Below, in pieces: positions 38,580 through 51,984 of a DNA stretch of 64,000 nt (positions are counted from its first letter, which is position 1; the number at the start of each line of letters is the position of its first letter). Source of the DNA: Octopus sinensis (Eukaryota); assembly GCF_006345805.1 (NCBI RefSeq), contig NC_042998.1, forward strand, positions 109,244,001-109,308,000. Reading direction: 5' to 3'. The notes beneath the pieces were generated by a model. It did no database searches and was not told the origin of the DNA. It saw nothing but the letters and a program-made list of their open reading frames with translations. The position numbers were made by a program, and so were the translations under genes.

Positions 38580-38803
38580 GTATCTGTGTGTATGTGTTTG
38601 TGTCTGTGCTTGGCACCCCAACATCGCTTGACAACTGATGCTGATGCAATTACATCCCTGTAATTTAGCGGTTCAGCAAAAGATACTGATAGAATAAGTA
38701 CTAGGTTTACAAAGAATAAGTCCTGGGGTCGATTTGCTTAACTAAAGGCGGTGCTCCAGCATGGCTGCAGTCAAATGAGTGAAACAAGTGAAAGAATAAA
38801 AGA
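38341..38803 (+). mobile_element. SINE family A with expanded internal (TA)n
   Basis: Aligns end to end with 28709-29118. Confidence 0.9.
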
Positions 38804-38807
38804 ATAT

Positions 38808-38895
<88 letters not shown>

Positions 38896-38967
38896 CATAT
38901 GTATATATATATATATACATATATATACATGTATATATGTGTATATATATATATATATACACACACA

Positions 38968-41003
38968 CAGAACCTTGCAGTATGAGTTCATCATAGTATG
39001 AGCAATTTACTGTATGAGCTGAGGTTAGTATGAATTTTTATCTTGAAATATGAGCAGAAACCTGAAGTACGAACAAGTTTCATACAAGCAACCACTAGTT
39101 GTCCCTGAGCTGGTACATGTTCTCCCAACAAGTGCAGCCTCCACTTGCTCAGTTCACGTGTTTATCTCATTGTGGCAACATCCCTATTTTGTTTTCACCA
39201 GTGTTTTTTTCTTTTTAATTTTGTGGGCTTTTGTTAATGTTTCATAATAATTAGTTGTATTAGCCACGGGTCCTAAAAAGGTTAGTGAGAAGGAGAATCT
39301 AATTACAATAGAATTGAAGAAAGAAATCATTGATGAACATGGAAGAGGAGTGTGTATAGTGGACATATAATGTCAATATGGCCAAAGTATTGATGATCTG
39401 CACCATCCTGAAAAAAAAAGGGCAAGATCAAGGTCATTACAACACCCAAAGGTTATCTCCAGGCTCTCCAAAAACACACATCAGTCCATGAAGAGATGGA
39501 AAAATTGCTTCTCCTGTAGATCAATGAGGAGCAACTCAGGGGATATGATGACAGAGACCATCATCTGCAAAAAAGTACAAGCACTGTATTCGGGATCTCC
39601 TTAAACAGAACCCTGAGACATCAGCAGAGGAGACAGCAGCAGATGCATTCAAGGCCAGTCACAGCTGGTTTGATAATTTCAAGAAGCTGTAGGTCATGTG
39701 GAAGACAAATGTTAAAGCTTGGGTCACCAGGCAATTCTTCACTGAGTGGGTCGATCTTGTTCTCAGACCTGCAGTGATAAAGTACGATCTTTCTCTTAAG
39801 GCCCTCTTCATCCTCGACAATGCTCCTGCTCACTCTCCTAACCTCGAAGATGATATCCTGGACGAATTTGAATTCATAAAGATTCTGTATCTTTCATGCA
39901 ACATCACCCTACCTTCAAGCCTGTGGACCAAGGTGGTTTCTAGTTTTAAGAAATTGTACACCAAACATCTATTTCATCAGTGCCATGAAGTCACCAAAAA
40001 TACAAATCTAACCCTTTGTGAGTTTTTGAAGGATAACTACAACATTGTTTACTGTCTGTAAATCATTGATATGGCTCCTCTTGTAATGAGGAGAATGCTG
40101 AATTCTGCTTGGAGGAAACTATGGCCTGACTGTGTATCCAAAAAAAACTTTGAGAGGTTTGAGTCTGAGACACCTGTAGTTGAGGAGAGAGAGTGTTTCT
40201 TGGCAAGTTCATAGGCCTCGAGGTTGATGATGGGGACATTAACGATCTCATTGAGGAACACTCAAGGGAGCTGATGACAGATGAACTCCTTCAGCTTTAG
40301 GAGCAGCAACACTTAGATGTGGTGTAAAAGATTAGTGCCCCAGAGGAGGACAGTCTAGCAAAAAGGTTTTCTCTACGAGTGACACAAAGACTGTGTTGGC
40401 AAAGTGGTAGTATGTTTCTAAATTTGTAGAAAAAAAATCATCCTGAAAAAGTATCTACAGGTCGTACAACTGCTTTACCTAATGACACTGCCCTAGTGTG
40501 CTTTTGTAACATTTTGAAAGGCAGAAAGAAGCAGACTTCTCTTGATATATTTCTGATGGAATGACCAGCAAGTGTGAAAAGTAAAGAAAGTGTCCAAAAG
40601 CCTGAATTAAGTGAAGTGAGAAAGAAAGTGCCAGAAATCATTCTTCCTGAAGTCTTAATGAAAGGAGATTCTCCTTCCAAACAGTAATTCTCCTCCTCAA
40701 CACCCCATCTTCCTCACACACAAATCATCCCATCTTTAAGGTAATACAATAAATAAAACCAGTTTACTTATTTTTTTTTTGCATTCTCTTTTATCATGCT
40801 TTTATAATTGTCAATTTCCTTGTAACTGTACCCTTTCCATTTTAAAACCCATAAAAAATGATTTTGGGGTGGTTTTGTGGGGCTGGAATGGATTAATTAT
40901 ATTTTAATTAATTTCCATGGGTAAAATTGATTTGTAAAATGTGTAAATCATAAAACAAGCTCAGTCAAGAAACAAATTAAACTCGTACTGCAAGGTATCA
41001 CTG
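38968..41003 (+). mobile_element. Tigger/pogo DNA transposon relic, internally deleted transposase
   Basis: TIRs cagaaccttgcagtatgagtt / aactcgtactgcaaggtatcactg followed by TA. Translates to GPKK...ITIELKKEII (HTH-psq), FKASHSWFDNFKK (CENP-B HTH end), then KAWVTRQFFTEW...FILDNAPAH (ORF 39696-40061). Confidence 0.93.
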
Positions 41004-41052
41004 TATATATGTGTGTGTATGTATGTATTATTTATGCATGTATATATGAATA

Positions 41053-41128
41053 GGTGCAAGTGTGGCTGTGTGGTAAGAAGCTTGTTCCCTAATCACATGG
41101 TAACTGAGAGAAGCCCATCATATATATA

Positions 41129-41159
<31 letters not shown>

Positions 41160-41423
41160 GTACACACACATATATATATATACATGAGTGTGTGTGTTCT
41201 GTGTGCATGTGTGCACATGACTGTGTCTGTTTGTCCACCACTACCGCCCCACCAACTAGTGTTGGTCTTGTTAATGTCCCCATAACTTAGCAACGGGTAT
41301 AATAAGTATCAGGCTTAAAAACAAAGCAAGTACTGGGCTCAGTTCATTTGACTAAAAGTTCTTCAAGTCGGTGCCCCAGCATGGCTGTGGTCAAATGACT
41401 GAAACAAATAAAAGAGAGAAAGA
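41053..41423 (+). mobile_element. SINE family A (internal deletion)
   Basis: Head gtggctgtgtggtaagaagc and tail cagcatggctgtggtcaaatgactgaaac. Confidence 0.8.
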
Positions 41424-42659
41424 TAAATCTTTCAATTTGCATTCATATGTTTCCATGTGTGTATGTATGTGCATGCATGCGTGTGTGCATACATGTGTAT
41501 AGTTAAGTTTAAAATATGGTAGTTTTAATTTTCCCATATTCATTCAAATTTTGAATTTTCTGTAAAATTCTGATATACAATTACTTTATGACATTAAGTT
41601 TCACTAAATAATCAACCTATAAAATTTTATTTTCACAACATGGCTTTTAATATTTTTCAAGGATTTTAAAAAAAGATAAAATATATATTTTTTTTTAATA
41701 GACATAACACTATTGGCTAAGGATTTTCTGTCTTAAGCTATTTTAAGACTTATCCAGTCCCAGCAAAATAAATAAATATATAGCTAAAAATTAATAATAA
41801 TCTGAAACCCTCCTGTATTATATACTTATTAAATACATATAACCAAAATTGAACCTAAATTTCTTACTGTCCTATAATTAGCACTTCATTATACTCAACA
41901 CCCAAATTATTACAATTACTGGTGATTATAAAGTAAGTGATAAGTAAAAGCATTTACTATTAAATTTCTGGCTTTTTTCGTCTTATTTTTTTTTTATATT
42001 TTTCTTTTCCTTAAGTTTCCTATAATTCTACACATTACATTTACCACTTCTAAAAGCATCCGAATTTAACGGAATGCTGGGATGTGAAATATTTGAAATT
42101 CAGAGAATGGTCACCTTGCTTCTTGAATTTTTTTGCCTGACATTTTTTTTGTATAAATATTTCATTTGCGAGTACAAACTGGATACAGCAGTAAGTAAAG
42201 TTACTGAATTTCTTTGTTTTTCAACTCTTTTTGTTATTTTATTTTTTGTTGGAGAGTTTCAGGTTTGCGATTTGATTTGATTATTAACTTTTAAATACAC
42301 ACATGCACATACATACACATTCACACATACACACACTCGCACACATACATACACATTCAGTCAAATATAAAGACATACATTCATGCATACATAAATGATA
42401 TATATATCAGTGTAATTAGCAGGTACTAGGTACTATTATGTTAATAAAATGAATATTGTTACGTTTGTAGATTAAAGATTTGTTATGAAAATTGCAAAGT
42501 CAACCATTGTAAGAAAAACTGTTGGTTTCATCCAGGACTAGGATAATTGATGGAACCTCAGCCCAGGATGAAGCCATTGGTCATGGCACACAACTATTAA
42601 TTCCCACGACTCACACACAGTCACAAACATACATGCATACATACTATCCATCCATCCAT

Positions 42660-42715
<56 letters not shown>

Positions 42716-44083
42716 GCATGTGTTTAACTTTGCTATCATCCAGTTCCAGCTGGGTTTGATTGCTTGTGAGTAGAACTAAATATGTGTGTGTGTGTTTGAA
42801 GAAACAAAAGATAGAGAAGCACTGATATACGGTAAAAGATGTTACATAAACATACACATACACATACTTGACAAGGAATATAGTCCTTGAGATATCTTTA
42901 CAGCTGTTTCAAAAATTCAGTGGCTGCTTCATGCAGTAATGTGCATTACACAAACAGGTGTATATATTTATGAAATAATACATATCAAATAAGTAGAAAT
43001 TGTTATTAGAACATGAACATGATCTGCTAAGATGTTCAAGCTGGAAATGTTGAACTGGCAAATTTTCTCACCAAATACAAATTCTGTAGAAGCAGATTGA
43101 TATTTAAAAACATAAAAACGTTATTAAAAATAGTAGAAAGAGAGGGATTAGCAGTGGTAATGTGGAAGGAAGGCTGTGAGATCAAGAGCAACAACATAGA
43201 AGTAAAACTGAGGGAGTAGCAAGAGATAAGTATGTACAAAAGAAAGAAGAGAATGAAAAATGTAGAGTATTGGAAAAAGGACCACATTGTTGGTTATCAT
43301 CAGATTATATACATATCAAAGTTTGAGGAAATCAGACTAAAGAAAGGAAGATCAAAAAGAATCCATTATAAGATACAAAGTAAAAAGAAAGATGAAAGCG
43401 AATTCAAGAAAGGCATTGCCTGCTGTGCAAGTGGCAAAATGACTCCTTGTTGATCTTAATACAATATAAGCATTCAAACATGTAACAACACAGAAGGCAA
43501 AAGAAAATTGTAAAGGATTAAAAGTTGAGGAATAAGAAAACAAGAATGTAACAAAATAATATAAAGGAGAATATCTAGTATATTAGGAAATGTATAGAGA
43601 ACACCTGTAAAAAGTTATCATTATATCATCATCGTCATCGTCGTTTAAACGTCCGTTCTCCATGCTAGCATGGGTTGGACGGTTTATATAATTTATATAA
43701 TTATAAATAAAATTTTAAACACCTTAAAGTATCATATGATATGTCATAATTCTAATTAGGCTCAGTTGGTATATGTAAAAGATGAAAATGAATATAAAGA
43801 GAAATTTTTAAAACAGCTTTAAAGGTTATCAAGGATTATGTTTGACTATATTTGTTTTGCCAAATATGTGCATGTTTAAATTTATGTAACATCTTTTATA
43901 AATGATTTAATGCTGTATGTAAGTGCTTGTCCATGTTTTATTTCTTTATTAGCTGCTCAAAGTATACATTTCATATAGCTAACTTTTGTCTCGCTAGCTA
44001 TTTTTACCCTGAATTAGATATGGGATTTTAACAATCTGGACTAGTCTGCACACTAACCTAGTGGTCATATATATATATGTATG

Positions 44084-44146
<63 letters not shown>

Positions 44147-44148
44147 TA

Positions 44149-44188
<40 letters not shown>

Positions 44189-44203
44189 GTAAATGTATAT
44201 ATA

Positions 44204-44239
<36 letters not shown>

Positions 44240-44254
44240 TGTATGTATGTATAT

Positions 44255-44420
44255 ATGCATATATGGGTACAGGACATCACCAACAGTAAACAACATATAA
44301 TATAAAAATAAATGAGTTAAAAATGCAAACAAGAGAAAAATGGAGAACAGGACAAGTAACACAAAGAATGACCCTTCATCAGTTGTTGGCTGTCTATCTA
44401 TTCCTCATTTTGAGCATTAC
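44255..44420 (+). repeat. Partial copy of the terminal segment of the 20222-21230 palindrome arm
   Basis: atatgggtacaggacatcaccaacagtaaac...aagaatgacccttcatcagttgttggctg, flanked by (TA)n. Confidence 0.8.
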
Positions 44421-44713
44421 ATATATATATATATATATAACTATAATTCCCATGCTTGCATGGTTAGATAAAATTTTGTTGGCAGATTTTGCTAAAGTCA
44501 CATGCCCTTTCTGTATTGCCAACCATCACCCGTTTCCAAGTAAGATAGTATTTCCTCTTTGTTCTCTTAAGTAACAAACAAGCCAACGGCTGGACATCTT
44601 TCAGCAGCAAATTGGAAACAAATAGCACCATTTGTGTGTTAGTGTGTCTTGTTTACAATTAGCATGTTCATGCCAGGACAAAGGGACAAAGGCACACATT
44701 CATTCGTCCTTAT

Positions 44714-44785
<72 letters not shown>

Positions 44786-47189
44786 TATATACATTCATAA
44801 CCCTCTAGCTATCTATATCAGTATGTATGTATGTATGTATGTATGTATGTATGTATGTATGTATGTATGTATGTATGTATGTATGTATGTATGTGTGTGT
44901 ATGTATGTATGTGTGTGTGTGTATGTATGTATGTATGTATGTATGTATGTATGTATGTATGTATGTATGTATGTATGTATGTATGTATGTATGTATAGGC
45001 ACAGGATCTCCTATAGTTTCCTTTTAACAAATTTAACTAGCAATGGATTTGTAATCTCACACCTATAGTTGAAGAAAGAGCCAATCATGTCTGCATAATA
45101 TAAATGAAGACAAAATCATGTGGTTCTGAAGCAAATAGACCTCACAGACAAGTCTGTACCTATGAATGGTTTAGTGGTTACACTTTCTATGAGATGTACA
45201 CATACATTTGCTAAAATATCTATTTAAGTAGGTTGTTCTTTCCTTTAATATTGTTCCCTCACTATTTTAAAAGATCTCATATTTAATTCAATACCTACCA
45301 TAAAGATGTTTTTAGATGTATCAAATTTACATTATTAGAATACATTTACTAAAGAAGAAGACAACTTGTAAGCAGATACCCAGAAAATTTCACTGTTGTT
45401 TATTTCCCTGTTATCATAAGACTGGTTCCTGAAAAGATAATTTACAATGATACAAAGAACTACAGAGAAATATTTACAATAATGTAAAATATTTCTGTCA
45501 TTTTAGACATTATAAGCATTGATCAGATTCAAACTGATGGAAATTGACCCTTGTATATATTGCTTACCAAATGACAGTGTTATTGATTACACTACATAGT
45601 GCCAAATATTCACTCTTTTTCAAATTAAGTTCCATAATCTATTTCCTGCTATTTAGAGTGTGCTGCTTATCTCAAAAATAAGTCATACGCTACTCAGCAC
45701 TAGCAAAAATAAACTATTCTACTGAAGCCTATCATAGCAGATTCTATTACAATGGATCAATGCTTATGACAAGAATTAATTCTATAAATGTGAAAAAAAT
45801 TAGAAACTAATAGCAAAGATTTTAATAAATTATATTAGATATAATATATATGGAATTAAACATTATGAGCATCAATTTGAAACAGACAAAGAGCAACAAA
45901 GTCTTTGATAAAATTTGAATCACTGTCTCAAATTCATTCTATACTGTCTAATATCATTTACATTAATTTCTAGATGTTAATTTATGAACAAAATGTCTTT
46001 TATGTTAATAATAATGGTGAAATATCAGAGAAAGATAAAGAAAGCTTTATCTTTTAATTCTAATTCCACATTATTTCTTTCATATTGTTTTTTTAATGAA
46101 TATGTGTGACTTTATCTGAAATTGAGTGACATTCCAATTTAGAGCAGGGATAATTTACTCTTTATCCAGACAGAGAGAAAAGAAAATCTCACTAGTATTA
46201 TTTTTCCATAAAATTGTTTGCTTTCATTTTGATACGCATCAACAATTTTTAACAAATAGAAATAGTTGTAGTTTACACAAAACTGTGTCCTTATTGTCAC
46301 AGGCTGATATTATGGTAATACATTTTAATTTGTAAAACTTTTGTTCTAATTCAAGTATTCTATGCAAAAGAAAATGCACACATACACATACTATCATGCA
46401 TACATACAAATACACATGCAAATACATACATATCTATTTGTATATATATATACACAATGAAATAAAGGCAGTATTATTGCATGAAACTCACTTTGGGAGT
46501 ATTTCGCATACTTCTCACTTATTTGTGCATGATTTATCTAGCACGCATGTTTGCATGATTATTTTATAAATCAACTTGAATCAAAATTTCTTTCATGTAA
46601 CTATATGCAGGTTGACTAAAGTTTCAGGCACGTTGCTGTCAAAATAAGGTTACATCTTTTATTTATTGCTTTATTCATTTATTTCCTTTGCTTTTTATTT
46701 AGGATCAAATGGCCTACACTCAATCACACTGGAAAATATATCTCTCAATCTATGACTATCTATTTATCATGTTTCTCATTCCCTCTCTTTTTCTTTTATT
46801 CTCACTCGTATAGATAATATGCACGTGTGTAAGACACACACAAACAAACACACACATATACACATACATATATATGTACACAAACTCTCACAGACATTTG
46901 TGTGTGTGAATATATATATATGTGTGTGTGTGAATGTGTGTGTATATATATATATATCTATATATATATATATATATATGTACGTATGTTTATGTAGATA
47001 TATATACACATAGACACACACACATACAGGCACACATGCATATGGACAAATAAAAACATTTAAAGACGGGCCTTGCTTCCAGAATCAAACATTTCTACAT
47101 TACATTTCATTTCATTTCCATATGTTTAGACTGATTTTAAAATAGTAAACTCAGCATCAATATTTTCATTTTTAAAATATTCACCTTAC

Positions 47190-47360
47190 AAATTTCCACT
47201 TTCAAAGTTTCCATTTTCAATATTCCACTTTTAATATCTACACTTTTCAACATTTCTACTTTCAATATTTCCACTTGCCATAATATTTTTTCATTCATTA
47301 TATTTCACTTTTTTCATATTAAAATTTTCTTCATTCAACACATTCACTTTGCACATTTTT
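47190..47360. repeat. Degenerate ~14-15 bp tandem repeat (atttccactttca)
   Basis: Directly visible recurring unit. Confidence 0.55.
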
Positions 47361-47542
47361 TTCCTACTTCATTAATTACATTTTTGTCATTGTTGTTGTT
47401 GTTGTAATAGATTGCAGAAATGTAATTAATAGTTGAAGAAAAAAAAAAGACAAAAAGACAAAAAAACTCAAATTACTTCAAACTTTTTCTGACATCAGAT
47501 CATTATTTCTGTTTAACATGTAGATTTCTGTCATAGTATATT

Positions 47543-47631
<89 letters not shown>

Positions 47632-48446
47632 TACAAATACAAGCATATATATGATTTCAAAAGGAAACTAGGATTAATCGATTGTTTGTTAAATTTATGT
47701 TTTAGTTTGAAACCAGTTTCAATGAATATAACAACTAAAATAACACCAAGAATAAATAGGAATAAACACACTTTGATTGAGCTAGAAAAAATGTGTTTTT
47801 AATTTAAATTTATCTATAACAAAAACTTGAAACTAAAATATATTACTATAAAACTAAAACTAATTGTCTAAGCTGGATATTTAATTGCTTTATTTTGATG
47901 TATTTGCATGTAAACAGAAATATTAGCATTAGAATTTAAATATTAGTCAATGTTAAATATAATTAGCTATCAAATACAACAGACATGGAATACTCATGAA
48001 ACGCATCAGATATCAAAGAATGTGGACACACACACACATACACACATACACATACGTATACACACACACATACAAACACATCCCCACACAGATACTTCAT
48101 CAAATATCAAAATAACATTATTCTTAATTTCTATCTTTTTAATTTCAATTCAGAATGATATGGAAGAACAATGGCCCTATCTCCTCCCACTAATTTTCTT
48201 CTTTGAAAAAGAATATTCTGTATGAAAAATACTCAGCATTTCAATAATTTATTGGCATTACCATCAGTGGTGCTATTATTAATATTAATATCACTATTCT
48301 AATTATTATATTCTTATTATCATCTTCACATTATAAGAGGCTTGCATAAATATATATCTATGCAAAAATCATGCTGCTATGCATTTATGAGACATGCAGA
48401 TAAATAGAAAATATAGAAAGGTAGATAAAAATAATGACATAGCCAA

Positions 48447-48531
<85 letters not shown>

Positions 48532-49936
48532 ACAACAAAAATTAATAACACACAACAAATGTATTCTTTTAAATTCAGTTGAAGCAGATTGCTTGCTTAG
48601 CTAGAAAAAACAGCCAAATTTCTCTTAAATTGCACCCTACTGTCTCTGAACTAGTAGTCAAAGATGGGCAGGACTAGAAGGACTAAAATACCTTTGATCA
48701 TAGCTCTGCTCAGTCAAGGCTAACTTGGGGTTTAAAAAAATAATAACTCAACCTAAACCATGCAAATACTGCAAATATTAATAACAATTTTTCTAATTTC
48801 TTCTGATTTACTTTTATTACTGTATTCTGATAATGTGTGATGATACAATAACTTCAGTAATGAGATATGGAGTAGCCTGAAGGTGTTAGGTTCTTGATAA
48901 TATTTACAGCTGTTATTCAAATATTTCTCACCAAATAAGAAATGACAATATATGAAAATGTTGACAGGCTTCTGATAAAAAAAATTACAAAGTGGCTAAC
49001 TAGAGCACCTGCATTTTGTCCTTTCAATATAAGTAGATCTCAATTGATTTTGTTAAACCTTTAATGATTTGTTCAGATCTATATATTCCATGACTACATT
49101 TCTGTCTTGTAAAATATCCAACAGCAGTTACATTGGAATGGTATTTTGCGGGTAGAAGTAGTTGTGGTGGTGAGGGTGGGATGGTGGCAGAGTGGAAGAT
49201 TTGTTTTTGTTTTTTCTTTTGTTATTTGTTTTAATATCATTGAGAAATTGTTTGGCCTAGAAGCATTTCGTTGTTGCTGTTGCTGATCTTATAACTGCTG
49301 TTGTTAGTTATAATAATAGTAATAACAACTATTATAATGATGATGGTGATGATGATAAAAAAAACCGATGAAGGTGATTGTCTTTATTTGTTTTTTAATG
49401 TGACAATAGGCATGCAGTGTGTGCATTGGAATAAAGCAAAATTGTGTGTAGTGAATATTGAAATAATGCAACAAAAGGTGTGCTGTGAATACTAAAACAA
49501 TGACAATATACACCTGTTTTTATTTTCTCTTTGTATTTTCTTATTTGATTTGTATTTAGTTTGATTTTATTTACACACACACACACACACACACATGCAT
49601 ACAAACACACACACATACATGCATATACACATGCACATACTTTTATTCTTTTGTTCATTTACTTGTTTCAGTCATTTGACTGCGACCATGCTGACACACA
49701 CATAGTGCTGTGTCAATAAAACATAACTTAGTGATTTCACAAATATAGATCAATACAGTAGACACTGGAGAAGATGAGATTGACTAAACAATTGCCTGCG
49801 TGCCCTAACATGGCTACTGTTCATCAACTGATATTTTAAAAGAATAAAAGAATATTTGTCTTTATTATCCTAATTCATGTCACTGACCATTCTGATTTAT
49901 TTCTCTAAATCCATTTTTGTTTAATATATATATATA

Positions 49937-50303
49937 TCATCATCATCATCATCACTTAATGCCCATTGTTCATGCTGGCATGGGTTGGATAGTTTGACCA
50001 GAGCTGGTAAGCTAAGGGGCTGCACCATATTCCAGTCTGATTTGGCAGGGTTTTTATGGCTTGATGGGTTTTCTTCTCAACAGAATATTACCAAAGGTCT
50101 TGATCATTGCCATTGCTTCCATGAGGCTTAGTGCCTGAAAGGTGCATTTAATGTGCTACTGGCATGGATACCAGTTATGTGACAACAGCATCAGCCACAT
50201 TGCCTCTGTGAGGCCCAACGTTCGAAGATCATGCTTCACCCCCTCGTTCCATGCCTTCCTGGGTCTACCTCTTCCACAGGTTCCCTCCACAGTTAAAGAT
50301 CAG
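49937..50303 (-). mobile_element. 5'-truncated RTE LINE 3' end with (GAT)n tail
   Basis: Minus strand reads LTVEGTCGRGRPRKAWNEGVKHDLRTLGLTEAM, then a family C 3' UTR and gatgatgat. Confidence 0.8.
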
Positions 50304-50325
50304 CCCTATATATATATATACATAT

Positions 50326-51190
50326 AGGGTGTGATGGGTAAACTGTAGCCATTTTATATTCTTTTAATTTCACATATGCGCATTGTTTGTTTCTGATTTT
50401 GTCAGCTACACAGTTTAGTAGGGTAGGTTGGGCACCATCTGTGAGAAAAACAGCACCATGGCACAATTCACTCTGCAAGAAATTTGAAAACTATATGCTG
50501 TACAGCTTGGCATTCATGCCAGAAGCTCCAATATGAACATTTCAGAGTGTTTGGGTGTCAATCTGAGGACCATGCAATCTGAGAACATGTACCAAGAGTG
50601 ATAAAAATCAAACATCCAGTCAACATCAAGGTGTTTGGAGTGATCACTAGTGATTGCAACATTATGCTTCCATTCATATTCCCACACCGCCTCAGGCTCA
50701 ACACGAAGCTTACATCAAGTGCCTGGAGGAGATAGTGCTGCCCTGGGTTAAGTGGGTGGCTGCTGGAAGACTCTATGTCTGGCAACAGGACTCTGCACCA
50801 TGTCACACAAGCAAGAGGACCCAGTCATGGCTGTCAGACAATTTCTGTAACCACATCACCCCTAACATCTGGTCACCTAACTCCCCAGACTGCAACCTCT
50901 TTGATTATTATATATGGGGCAAAGTTGAGTGAGAGACCAAGAAAACTTGTAACACCAAAGATGAACTGAAGGCAAAGGTTATGGCAACATTCACCAAGGA
51001 GACCACCCAGAAGAGTTGCACGAGATTCTGAAGTCATCTGGAGGCCATGGTTAAAGCCAATGGCAATTTTATTGAATAAATCTACTTTTTAGTATTTCAA
51101 GATATTTTTATATGTAATTTTGGTAAATATATCTGTTAAAATGAGATGTCAGTGTTATTTTAATTTAGATGACAGTTTATTCACTGCATA
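50326..51190 (+). mobile_element. Internally deleted DD37D (maT-type) Tc1/mariner element
   Basis: QQD-SAPCH...WSPNSPDCNLF-DYYIW has 37 residues between the 2nd and 3rd catalytic Asp. KHPVNIKVFGVI lies upstream. Degenerate TIRs in (TA)n. Confidence 0.85.
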
Positions 51191-51199
51191 TATACATAT

Positions 51200-51420
51200 A
51201 TAGTAGGCATCCGTCAGTTTCAAGAGGCCATAATGGATTGGCACCAGAAGAAATTTTATCAGCTGCTGATGGTGATGCAGCATCTGTTGCAGCTGTACAG
51301 GCCCATATGGGTGTGGCAGTGGCAGTCACATAAACAGTGACTCTATTTGAAGGAGCTCTCTGCCAGCACTAATGGTTTTTCCTGCTGTCAAGCACACTTT
51401 TCTATGGTAGCAAGTTCCTA
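51200..51420 (-). mobile_element. 3' terminus of an RTE/BovB-like LINE
   Basis: Minus strand reads CDCHCHTHMGLYSCNRC (C2H2-like CxRxCxSRIGLYSH motif), then ...tcttgaaactgacggatgcctacta. Confidence 0.6.
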
Positions 51421-51422
51421 TT

Positions 51423-51458
<36 letters not shown>

Positions 51459-51459
<1 letters not shown>

Positions 51460-51858
51460 GCAGGCATTGCTATGTGGTAAGAAGCTTGCTTCCCAACCAT
51501 ATGGTTCAGTGTTCAGTCCCACTGTGTAACATCTTGTGCAAGTATTTTCTACTATAGCCTCAGCCAATCAAAGCCTTGTGAGTAAATTTGGCAGACAAAA
51601 ACTAAAAGATGCCTGTTGTATATATGTATATATATCTATGCATGTGTGTCTTTGTGTTTGTGTTTGACCCCCCACCACTGCTTGACAACCAGGTTGGTGT
51701 GTTTATGTCCCTGTAATATTCAGCAAAAGACACCAATAGAATGAGTGCCAGGTTTTAAAATGAATAAGTACTAGGACTGATACATTCAACTGAAATTTCA
51801 AGGCAGTGCCCCAGCATGGCCACAGTCAAATGACTGAAACTAGTGAAAGATGAAAGAT
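51459..51858 (+). mobile_element. SINE family A
   Basis: Aligns with the 28709 copy from head to tail. Confidence 0.85.
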
Positions 51859-51909
51859 ATGTATATGTATATGGATATGTATGTATATGGATATGTGTGT
51901 GTGTGTGTG

Positions 51910-51942
<33 letters not shown>

Positions 51943-51984
51943 CCTTTCTATCTATCTATCTATCAATCTAGCTATGTTTGTATC

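Noticed and set aside
43030-43220. ~60-codon open stretch (VQAGNVELANFLTKYKF...)
   Set aside because: No clear splice signals or homology. The purine-rich context suggests decayed TE sequence.
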